From the UHGV virus genome UHGV-2150566: a stretch of DNA of 16,926 nt; one strand, 5' to 3'. The DNA comes from a virus. The notes below the pieces were generated by a model that did not search any database, was not told where the DNA came from, and saw only the letters and a program-made list of their open reading frames with translations. The stretch's first letter is position 1. The number at the start of each line of letters is the position of its first letter. This document shows, one piece after another, positions 1 to 6,872 of the stretch. Position numbers and translations under genes: made by a program.

Positions 1-636
1 TCAGCATGGATGATTGACGTCATCGGTCACGCAATAAGCGGTACGCAGGAGCGTGAATTATCTCTGGCTGAATTATCTTGGTGGGCGGTCTGCAATCAGG
101 TAGCGGACGCACTACCGGAGGCTGTATTACGCCGCTCACTGGGATTACCGGCGGAGAAAATCCGCTCGCTTTATCGCGAGAGCGACATCATACCGGGAGA
201 GCAGACAGCCACCAGCATACTGAAGCAGCGCACAAAAAATATTGCGCTACCACTTCACGCCCACCAGCAACAAATCCGGCCACAGGAAAAGACGGTGGTC
301 AGCATTGCCGTTGATCCGGAGTCACCGGCTCAGTATCTCCAGCGCCAGAAACCACAACGGGAAGAGATGCCTGTATACACGCGCTGGGTAAAAACGCAGA
401 AATGCATGACGTGCGGTAATCAGGCAGATGATCCGCATCACATCATTGGTCATGGACTGGGAGGGATGGGAACAAAGGCTGACGATTTGTTTGTTATTCC
501 GTTGTGCCGTAAATGCCATAACAAACTACATGCCGGAGTAAAAGATTTTGAAGAAAAACACGGCAGTCAGCTGTTGTTGCTGATTCGTTTTTTAATGCAC
601 GCGAGAAATTCGGGTGTTCTGAAGTGGAAAGCATAA
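1..636 (+). CDS. DUF968-family protein (YdfU-like), C-terminal part with HNH-like Cys/His motif; 5' end may lie upstream of the window
   Basis: ORF track 10..636; frame stays open back to nt 1 (S-A-W before the first ATG). C-terminal CMTCGNQADDPHHIIGHGLGG...CRKCHNKLH motif is HNH/zinc-finger-like. Sits directly upstream of rusA (stop TAA 634-636, rusA ATG 637), as DUF968 genes do in lambdoid nin regions. Family assignment from memory. Confidence 0.55.
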   Translation, partial: SAWMIDVIGHAISGTQERELSLAELSWWAVCNQVADALPEAVLRRSLGLPAEKIRSLYRESDIIPGEQTATSILKQRTKNIALPLHAHQQQIRPQEKTVVSIAVDPESPAQYLQRQKPQREEMPVYTRWVKTQKCMTCGNQADDPHHIIGHGLGGMGTKADDLFVIPLCRKCHNKLHAGVKDFEEKHGSQLLLLIRFLMHARNSGVLKWKA

Positions 637-1017
637 ATGACCGAACGCATAGAATTTGTTTTGCCTTACCCGCCGACGGTGAACACTTACTGGCGACGCC
701 GTGGCAGCACATATTTTATCTCGGAGGAGGGAAAGCGTTATCGCCGGGCTGTGGCGCTTATTGTTCGCCAGCAGCGGCTGAAATTAAGCCTGTCCGGAAG
801 GCTGGTAATCAGGATTATTGCAGAGCCACCGGATAAGCGTCGTCGTGACCTGGACAATATTCTGAAAGCACCGCTGGATGCGCTGACGCACGCGGGGTTG
901 TTAATGGACGATGAGCAGTTTGATGAAATCAATATTGTACGTGGCCAGCCAGTATCTGGTGGACGTCTGGGGGTGAAGATTTACCCCATAATGCTTGAAG
1001 GGCAGGTCAAAAAATGA
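637..1017 (+). CDS. rusA: crossover junction endodeoxyribonuclease RusA (Holliday junction resolvase)
   Basis: 126-aa translation aligns along its length with E. coli RusA as recalled, including the catalytic acidic cluster PDKRRRDLDN and LDDEQF. Position upstream of Q is typical. Confidence 0.85.
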   Translation: MTERIEFVLPYPPTVNTYWRRRGSTYFISEEGKRYRRAVALIVRQQRLKLSLSGRLVIRIIAEPPDKRRRDLDNILKAPLDALTHAGLLMDDEQFDEINIVRGQPVSGGRLGVKIYPIMLEGQVKK

Positions 1018-1835
1018 AACTGGAAGATTTACCGAAATACTACTCCCCAAAATCCCCCGGCCTGACTGATGCATCGGCCTCAACGTCGAAAGATGCGCTG
1101 AGTATCACTGATGTGATGGCCGCGCAGGGCATGACACAGAATCGGGCTGAGATGGGGTTTTCTGCGTTCCTTGGGAAAATGGGCATTAGTATGAATGACA
1201 GAGAGCGGGCAACAGAATTGCTGACAGAATATGCACTCAGTCGGTGTGATCGCGTGGCGGCGTTAAGAAAACTCCCGGCAGAAATAAAACCGGCAGTGAT
1301 GCGTATTATGGCTTCGTATGCGTTTGAAGATTATGCCCGTAGCGCGGCGAGCAAAAAACAGTGCCCCTGCTGTCACGGAAAAAAATTTATTGAAAGCGAG
1401 GTTTTTACAAACAAGATCCAGTATCCGGATGGTAAGCCGCCAGTGTGGGCAAAGTGCACAAAAGGCGTGTATCCGTCTTACTGGGAGGAATGGAAAAAAG
1501 TCAGGGAGGTGGTAAAAGTTGCCTGTCCGGAGTGTGGAGGGAAGGGAGAGGTATCCACTGCCTGTAAAGATTGTCGTGGGCGCGGTGTTGCCATTCATCG
1601 TGAAGAGTCGGAAAAACAGGGTGTGCCGGTTTTCAGAAACTGTCAGCGTTGTGGTGGGCGTGGCTATGAAAGATTACCTTCAACGGAGGCATTTAATGCC
1701 ATATGTAATGTAACCGATGCCATATCTCTTGATACATGGAAAAAAACAGTTAAACGTTTTTACGATACGCTGGTGGTGCAGTTTGATATTGAAGAAGCAT
1801 GGGCAGAACAACAACTGAAAAAGGTGACCAGATAG
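1014..1835 (+). CDS. Q: late-gene antitermination protein Q (QuuQ/YdfT-like, zinc-binding)
   Basis: 273-aa ORF overlapping the rusA stop (ATGA at 1014-1017). Four CxxCxGxG-type knuckles (CPCCHGKKF, CPECGGKGE, CKDCRGRGV, CQRCGGRGY). Followed immediately by a lambda-PR'-like promoter and a short-leader intrinsic terminator. Confidence 0.8.
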   Translation: MKLEDLPKYYSPKSPGLTDASASTSKDALSITDVMAAQGMTQNRAEMGFSAFLGKMGISMNDRERATELLTEYALSRCDRVAALRKLPAEIKPAVMRIMASYAFEDYARSAASKKQCPCCHGKKFIESEVFTNKIQYPDGKPPVWAKCTKGVYPSYWEEWKKVREVVKVACPECGGKGEVSTACKDCRGRGVAIHREESEKQGVPVFRNCQRCGGRGYERLPSTEAFNAICNVTDAISLDTWKKTVKRFYDTLVVQFDIEEAWAEQQLKKVTR

Positions 1836-1840
1836 CTTTG

Positions 1841-1868
1841 TTGATTTTTCCCGAATCTGTGGTAAATT
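1841..1868 (+). promoter_or_regulatory. PR'-like late promoter (-35 TTGATT, 16-bp spacer, TG-extended -10 TAAATT); qut-like region just downstream
   Basis: gtggTAAATTtg...aatgatggg closely resembles the lambda PR' -10/pause region (gggTAAATTtgactcaacgatggg) as I recall it. Begins 6 nt after the Q stop. Confidence 0.5.
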
Positions 1869-1917
1869 TGCCCTAATGATGGGCGTTTTATGCCTGACGT
1901 TAGAAGATTTTTTACAC

Positions 1918-1940
1918 CCCGCCGCCTGGCGGGTTTTTTA
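1918..1940 (+). terminator. tR'-like rho-independent terminator
   Basis: Stem CCCGCC / GGCGGG (6 bp), loop GCCT, followed by TTTTTT; about 45-65 nt downstream of the predicted PR' start. Confidence 0.6.
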
Positions 1941-2061
1941 TGACTGAAATCGCGTCAGTACAGTAAACGCGCTGGTGGCGGTGAATACCTGTCTTTCAGC
2001 TTGCTGGCTTTTTCGACAAGAGTTATTGGTGTGTCACGTTAACCGGAAAAGGGAAAAAGAC

Positions 2062-2259
2062 ATGCTGAAACAGCAGGATATGACCGAAACCGCCAGAGTG
2101 GTGTTTAATGAATTAAGTGCCACCGAACCGGCGACAGTCGGGGAGATTGCGCAGAATACTTACCTTTCACGTGAACGCTGCCAGTTAATACTGACCCAGC
2201 TTGTTATGGCGGGGCTGGCAGACTATCAGTTCGGTTGTTACAGACGCCTTCAGTCCTGA
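2062..2259 (+). CDS. hypothetical small protein (65 aa), possible winged-helix DNA-binding fold
   Basis: ATG at 2062 with AGGGA about 8 nt upstream. The ORF track starts this frame at an upstream GTG (1975), which I consider less likely. Motif TVGEIAQNTYLSRERCQLILTQLVMAGL looks HTH-like. An intrinsic terminator overlaps the stop codon. Confidence 0.35.
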   Translation: MLKQQDMTETARVVFNELSATEPATVGEIAQNTYLSRERCQLILTQLVMAGLADYQFGCYRRLQS

Positions 2260-2272
2260 AGGCTTTTTTATT
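2246..2272 (+). terminator. rho-independent terminator
   Basis: Stem GCCTTCA / TGAAGGC (7 bp), loop GTCC, then TTTTTTATTT; overlaps the stop of the small ORF. Confidence 0.55.
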
Positions 2273-2429
2273 TGTGGTAAATGGGCGGCTGGTGGGTGTT
2301 AGGGGCACTCACCAGCCATCTGCTCATGCGTCCGGATCACAAGCAAACCTCAGGCCCACTGCTTTGCGCAAAAGCAGAATGAGCCTATCAGAGACAGGCT
2401 TAATGATCCATGCTTAGTACTGTAAAAAT

Positions 2430-2504
2430 NNNNNNNNNNNNNNNNNNNNNNNNNNNNNNNNNNNNNNNNNNNNNNNNNNNNNNNNNNNNNNNNNNNNNNN
2501 NNNN
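2430..2504. other. run of 75 N (assembly gap or masked sequence)
   Basis: Directly visible in the sequence. Interrupts the 5' end of the methyltransferase gene. Confidence 0.99.
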
Positions 2505-2510
2505 TTTAAA

Positions 2511-3449
2511 GTGAAGCCTGAGGGCTGGGATAACCAGTGGAAGGGCGACGATGATTACCTGAAGTGGCTGGACCAGTGTCTTGCGCAGTTCTGGCGGGTG
2601 CTGAAACCTGCCGGAAGTCTTTACCTGTTCTGTGGCCATCGCCTGGCGTCTGACATTGAAATCATGATGCGTGAACGCTTCAATGTGCTGAACCATATTA
2701 TCTGGGCGAAGCCGTCCGGACGCTGGAACGGGTGCAACAAGGAAAGCCTGAGGGCATATTTCCCCGCCACAGAGCGCATTCTGTTCGCGGAACATTATCA
2801 GGGGCCGTATCGCCCGAAAGATGCCGGGTATGAGGCGAAGGGCAGGGCACTGAAACAGCATGTGATGGCCCCGCTGATTTCTTACTTTCGTGATGCGCGT
2901 GCTGCCCTGGGGATAACGGCAAAACAGATTGCTGATGCCACAGGAAAGAAAAACATGGTGTCGCACTGGTTCAGTGCCAGCCAGTGGCAGCTACCGGACG
3001 AAAGCGATTATCTGAAATTACAGGCGCTGTTTGCCCGGGTGGCAGAAGATAAGCATCAGCGCGGAGAACTGGAAAAGCCACATCACCAACTGGTCAGCAC
3101 ATACAGTGAACTGAACCGGCAGTATACGGAACTGCAGAGTGAATATAAGCATCTGCGGCGGTATTTTGGTGTGACGGTGCAGGTGCCGTACACCGATGTG
3201 TGGACGCATAAACCGGTGCAGTACTATCCCGGGAAACATCCGTGCGAAAAACCGGCAGAAATGCTGCAGCAGATAATCAGCGCGAGCAGTCGTCCGGGTG
3301 ACCTGGTTGCAGATTTCTTCATGGGGTCAGGTTCGACAGTCAAAGCAGCGATAGCGCTGGGACGTCGTGCAACTGGCGTTGAGCTGGAGACTGAGCGTTT
3401 TGAGCAGACGGTCAGGGAAGTTCAGAATTTAGTCAGTCAGAACGGATGA
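2511..3449 (+). CDS. DNA amino-methyltransferase (N6-adenine or N4-cytosine, beta-class N6_N4_Mtase family); 5' end missing in the N gap
   Basis: 312-aa readable portion ends with the SAM-binding motif I DLVADFFMGSGST. The expected N-terminal DPPY motif (motif IV) is not in the visible part, consistent with beta-class order and loss into the gap. The GTG at 2511 is just the first codon after the Ns, not a real start. Confidence 0.7.
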   Translation: MKPEGWDNQWKGDDDYLKWLDQCLAQFWRVLKPAGSLYLFCGHRLASDIEIMMRERFNVLNHIIWAKPSGRWNGCNKESLRAYFPATERILFAEHYQGPYRPKDAGYEAKGRALKQHVMAPLISYFRDARAALGITAKQIADATGKKNMVSHWFSASQWQLPDESDYLKLQALFARVAEDKHQRGELEKPHHQLVSTYSELNRQYTELQSEYKHLRRYFGVTVQVPYTDVWTHKPVQYYPGKHPCEKPAEMLQQIISASSRPGDLVADFFMGSGSTVKAAIALGRRATGVELETERFEQTVREVQNLVSQNG

Positions 3450-3451
3450 TA

Positions 3452-3480
3452 TTGCAGAATTAGTTACGTACCGTTATTAT
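3452..3480 (+). promoter_or_regulatory. candidate sigma70 promoter for the tRNA pair (-35 TTGCAG, 17-bp spacer, -10 TATTAT)
   Basis: Hexamers with 17-nt spacing; -10 ends 9 nt before the mature 5' end of tRNA-Ile2. Sequence inspection only. Confidence 0.4.
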
Positions 3481-3489
3481 CCTATGCCC

Positions 3490-3565
3490 GGCCCTTTAGC
3501 TCAGTGGTGAGAGCGAGCGACTCATAATCGCCAGGTCGCTGGTTCAAATCCAGCAAGGGCCACCA
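3490..3565 (+). tRNA. ileZ: tRNA-Ile2 (anticodon CAU, lysidine-type; ileX/ileZ-like)
   Basis: 76-nt cloverleaf: acceptor GGCCCTT / AAGGGCC, anticodon loop cuCAUaa, T-loop TTCAAAT, 3' CCA encoded. Near-identical to E. coli ileX as recalled; differs clearly from elongator and initiator tRNA-Met. Confidence 0.85.
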
Positions 3566-3574
3566 TATCACATA

Positions 3575-3651
3575 CCGCCATTAGCTCATCGGGATAGAGC
3601 GCCAGCCTTCGAAGCTGGCTGCGCGGGGTTCGAGTCCTCGATGGCGGTCCA
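3575..3651 (+). tRNA. tRNA-Arg (anticodon UCG; argN-like)
   Basis: 77-nt cloverleaf: acceptor CCGCCAT / ATGGCGG, D-stem GCTC/GAGC, anticodon stem CCAGC/GCTGG with loop cuUCGaa, T-stem CGGGG/CCTCG with loop TTCGAGT, CCA encoded. Unusual C1-G72 first pair. Confidence 0.7.
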
Positions 3652-3929
3652 TTATCTGCATTATGCGTTGTTGGTTCTGATGAGTGAATCATTGTCTTTT
3701 GAGCAACAGGCTATCATATAAGATAGCCTCAGACTTCCTTGTTTATTCTCGCCGGATGCTTCGTAGATATTTGCAGGCATCTGTATGCAGGGGTATTATT
3801 GCGGCATATATCATCCGGAAAAATAAAAACTACATGCTGATCCGGAGATGATAGTTACAAGTCCTCCCGGATCCCGCATATTTACTATATTTTATAGATA
3901 ATTGTTCTTGTTAATATGGAGATGGATAA

Positions 3930-4358
3930 ATGTATTGCCGTGCTGTACCAGTTCTTGTTTTGATATTAGCCAGTCTGACAACTGGCTGCACAAAAGATGT
4001 ATCGACAAATAATTATGATGCTTCTCTGTATCACTCAGATAAATTAATAAAGTCGCAAAATTTGAGCTCATCGGAACGTACCCCTGATGCCAGTGAAGAA
4101 ATCAGGCAGTATGCCATTCAGGTCAGGAAAGCCATAGAAGAACAGTTAAAGGATGCGAGTAAGTATTCAGGAAAAGAGTGTTCACTGAGAATGTATATGG
4201 CCCCGAATGGTCTTCTGCTACAGGTTAAAAGAGAAAGCGGTGATCCCGATTTATGTCGTGAAGCGATGAATGCAGTAAAGAATGCTGATATACCATCACC
4301 ACCGTCTTCAGGAGTATATAAAGCATTTAGAAATGGCGTGCTGGATTTTAAACTCTGA
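3930..4358 (+). CDS. signal-peptide (lipobox-like LTTGC) protein with TolA C-terminal domain (TolA-III)-like region; prophage moron
   Basis: RBS GGAGA before ATG 3930. N-terminus MYCRAVPVLVLILASLTTGC is a signal peptide with a lipobox-like Cys. The C-terminal ~85 aa (IRQYAIQVRKAIEE...GKECSLRMYMAPNGLLLQVKRESGDPDLCREAMNAVKNADIPSPPSSGVYKAFRNGVLDFKL) align colinearly with the C-terminal domain of chromosomal TolA as recalled. Visibly AT-richer than its neighbours. Confidence 0.7.
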   Translation: MYCRAVPVLVLILASLTTGCTKDVSTNNYDASLYHSDKLIKSQNLSSSERTPDASEEIRQYAIQVRKAIEEQLKDASKYSGKECSLRMYMAPNGLLLQVKRESGDPDLCREAMNAVKNADIPSPPSSGVYKAFRNGVLDFKL

Positions 4359-4674
4359 CAGGGGGAGAAGATTTTCTCCTGTCCTGATGATTTTGGGGCG
4401 CTGGAAAGATATTGTGCTGTGAAGTGTTAAATTCCTCACAACTCAGTAAGTTGACAGTTGCCTGTCAGACTGAGCATTTGTTAAAAAAATTTCGCATGGT
4501 GAATCCCCCTGTGCGGAGGGGCGACTGGTGAACGGTATGATCTCTTTGATGATCGTAAGCGAGAATATGCGGGTTTAGTGTCACCGGGCTGAACTCACCG
4601 GGAGGCACCCGGCACCATGCAATGGCACATAGCGCCACTCTCCAGCCCCTCTCCGGAGGGGCTTTCTTGTGGGC

Positions 4675-4701
4675 AAAAAAAAAGCCCGAGTGGGTTCGGG
4701 C
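4675..4701 (-). terminator. rho-independent terminator in minus-strand orientation
   Basis: On the + strand an A9 run precedes stem GCCCGA / TCGGGC with loop GTGGGT; read on the minus strand this is hairpin plus T9. Confidence 0.45.
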
Positions 4702-4756
4702 AACAGCATGAGATATACATTTTTATAATCGAATGGATTTTAACCAGAATTCATAA

Positions 4757-4781
4757 GGCTGCGCAACTGCGCGGCCTTTTT
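4757..4781 (+). terminator. rho-independent terminator (+ orientation) upstream of nanS-p
   Basis: Stem GGCTGCGC / GCGCGGCC (8 bp, one G-U), loop AACT, followed by TTTTT. Confidence 0.45.
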
Positions 4782-4883
4782 CGTATTGCGGGCTGTAGTC
4801 TTCCTCCTGCCATTGTCCTGTAACTTCCGGACTTCAGCCCGCCCCTCATCTGACTCACAACATTATCCCGACCGGGAGGATTC

Positions 4884-6872
4884 ATGACATTTAAACACTA
4901 CGATGTGGTCAGGGCGGCGTCGCCGTCAGACCTTGCGGAGCGACTGACACAAAAACTGAAGGAGGGGTGGCAGCCATTTGGCAGCCCTGTCGCCATCACG
5001 CCTTATACCCTGATGCAGGCCATTGCGGCGGAAGGTGATGTCACCACACCTGTGGTGGTGAAGCCGTCGGATGGAGAAGGCACAGTTATCAGCACCACCA
5101 GCGAACCGGAGTATTACTTTGTTGTTGTTCTGGCGGGGCAGTCAAACTCGATGTCTTTTGGGGAAGGGCTGCCGCTGCCGGAGACATATGACCGTCCGGA
5201 CCCGCGTATTAAACAGCTGGCGCGTCGCAGTACGGTGACGCCGGGTGGTGCCGCCTGTAAATATAACGACATCATTCCGGCAGACCACTGTCTGCATGAT
5301 GTGCAGGATATGAGTAACCTGAATCATCCTGAAGCGGACCTTAATAAAGGGCAGTACGGTTGTGTGGGGCATGCTCTGCATGTTGCCAAAAAGCTGCTGC
5401 CGTTTATGCCTGCGAATGCGGGTATCCTTCTTGTTCCATGTGGCCGTGGCGATTCGGGATTTACTGCGGGGGCCGAGGGGGCGTTTAACGCAGCGTCGGG
5501 AGCGACCGCAGGCTCGTCCCTGTGGGGGGCGGATAAACCGCTGTATTATGACCTGGTCAGCAGAACCCGTGCGGCCCTGAAGAAAAATCCGAAGAACGTG
5601 CTGTTATCAGTGATTTGGATGCAGGGAGAAAAAGATGTCAGTTCGGGGAGACATGCAGAACACAATGCGCTTTTCCTTGCCATGGTAAATCAGTTCCGTA
5701 CGGAACTGGCAGATGTGGCAGAGCAGTGTACTGGCGGGACAACGGCCAGCGTCCCGTGGATTTGCGGTGATACCACGTACTACTGGAAGGAAAGGTATGC
5801 AGCGCCGTATGAGGCGGTTTACGGTGGGTATAAAGGCAAAGCTGCGCAGAATATTCACTTTGTGCCGTTGATGACGGATGAGCATGGTGTGAATGTGCCG
5901 ACAAACGAGCCGTCAGAAGATCCGGACATTATCCCGGCGGGATACTATGGCGCTGCGTCACGCACTGCCAGTAACTGGACGTCAGCCGATCGTAAAACGC
6001 ACTTCAGTTCATGGGCGCGAAGAGGCATTGTTTCAGACCGCCTGGCAGGTGCCATTTTGCAGTACGCCGGGCGGACATTATCGTTCCTTACCGGGCAGAG
6101 CGCACCGCAGTCGGGTGGTACAACTCCCGGTGATGATGTCAGTCCGGGGGTACCGGGTGTTGAGAAACCGCAGGATGGCGGTGTTGCTGGTACTGGTCAT
6201 GATGAGGCCGTGAGCAGTACCAGGACGGTGGCTGAATATGATGCGAACAGTGGAAATGGTGTATGGACAGAGCAGCAGTGGGGGGCTGCCGGTGGCAAAG
6301 GCACTGTGACTGATGACGGTGGACGGAAAGCGCTGCGACTGGAAAAACAGCCCGGTAAACTGACGTCCTGGAAAATGTTCTGTACTGTTGCAGTGGAGGA
6401 GGCAAAAAATCTTCTCAGCAAGGGGGGTGAAATTGCCGTACGGTTCAAAATTCCGGATGGAAGCGAACTGGTGAACGGACAGTTTGTCTTTGGTCTCTAC
6501 TGGCCGGTGTCGCAGTGGGCGTCAGGCGCGGCAGCAAACAGTATGCTGGCATCATTCTTCCTTCAGACGGATGCATCAAATCTGAATCTTATGCACCACA
6601 AGGGCACGTCGAATGCACAACTGGGTACATTTGGTGCGTTTGACCATAACTGGCATACGGTTGTTTTCCGCTTTGCGGGAAATAACAGCGAAAGAGTCGT
6701 TCCGGTGATTGATGGTACAGAGCAGACGGCGTTTGACCTTGTGATGTGGACAAATGATGGCTTTACAGCAGATACGCTGACGCTGACAGATATCACGGGG
6801 GCAAAAGCGACGTATCCGGTACTGCTTGATACGGTCACAGTCAAAGTTAACGAAAGCCGGGCATCATCATAA
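4884..6872 (+). CDS. nanS-p: prophage-encoded sialate O-acetylesterase (NanS-p-like: N-terminal DUF1737-like region, SGNH/SASA esterase core, C-terminal putative carbohydrate-binding region)
   Basis: 662-aa ORF with RBS GGGAGG. N-terminus MTFKHYDVVRAASPSDLAE and esterase motif VVLAGQSNSMSFGEG match the NanS-p family found between the stx slot and lysis genes in EHEC prophages, as recalled. Confidence 0.8.
   Translation: MTFKHYDVVRAASPSDLAERLTQKLKEGWQPFGSPVAITPYTLMQAIAAEGDVTTPVVVKPSDGEGTVISTTSEPEYYFVVVLAGQSNSMSFGEGLPLPETYDRPDPRIKQLARRSTVTPGGAACKYNDIIPADHCLHDVQDMSNLNHPEADLNKGQYGCVGHALHVAKKLLPFMPANAGILLVPCGRGDSGFTAGAEGAFNAASGATAGSSLWGADKPLYYDLVSRTRAALKKNPKNVLLSVIWMQGEKDVSSGRHAEHNALFLAMVNQFRTELADVAEQCTGGTTASVPWICGDTTYYWKERYAAPYEAVYGGYKGKAAQNIHFVPLMTDEHGVNVPTNEPSEDPDIIPAGYYGAASRTASNWTSADRKTHFSSWARRGIVSDRLAGAILQYAGRTLSFLTGQSAPQSGGTTPGDDVSPGVPGVEKPQDGGVAGTGHDEAVSSTRTVAEYDANSGNGVWTEQQWGAAGGKGTVTDDGGRKALRLEKQPGKLTSWKMFCTVAVEEAKNLLSKGGEIAVRFKIPDGSELVNGQFVFGLYWPVSQWASGAAANSMLASFFLQTDASNLNLMHHKGTSNAQLGTFGAFDHNWHTVVFRFAGNNSERVVPVIDGTEQTAFDLVMWTNDGFTADTLTLTDITGAKATYPVLLDTVTVKVNESRASS

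Noticed and set aside
78-314. 78-aa + strand ORF
   Set aside because: Lies entirely within the DUF968 gene in another frame; Gly/Thr-rich low-complexity translation; no RBS context.
1975-2061. Upstream GTG-initiated extension (94-aa version) of the small ORF after tR'
   Set aside because: The extension would begin inside the terminator-proximal leader with no RBS; ATG 2062 has a plausible Shine-Dalgarno sequence. The 65-aa version is preferred, still at low confidence.
2400-2966. 188-aa minus-strand ORF containing X residues
   Set aside because: Antisense to the methyltransferase gene and runs through the N gap; artefact.
3652-3929. A third tRNA (argO-like, anticodon UCU) downstream of tRNA-Arg(UCG)
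   Set aside because: No further cloverleaf with a 7-bp acceptor stem and CCA-compatible 3' end could be folded by eye in this interval.
4617-4823. 68-aa ORF in the intergenic region before nanS-p
   Set aside because: Spans three hairpin/terminator structures, has no RBS and poor coding character; the region is better explained as structured non-coding RNA or DNA.
3652-4883. Looked for stxA/stxB (or another AB5 toxin) at the canonical position after the phage tRNAs
   Set aside because: No ORFs of appropriate size or signal-peptide A/B architecture are present; the slot holds the TolA-domain gene and a non-coding structured region. This is not a toxin-converting locus.
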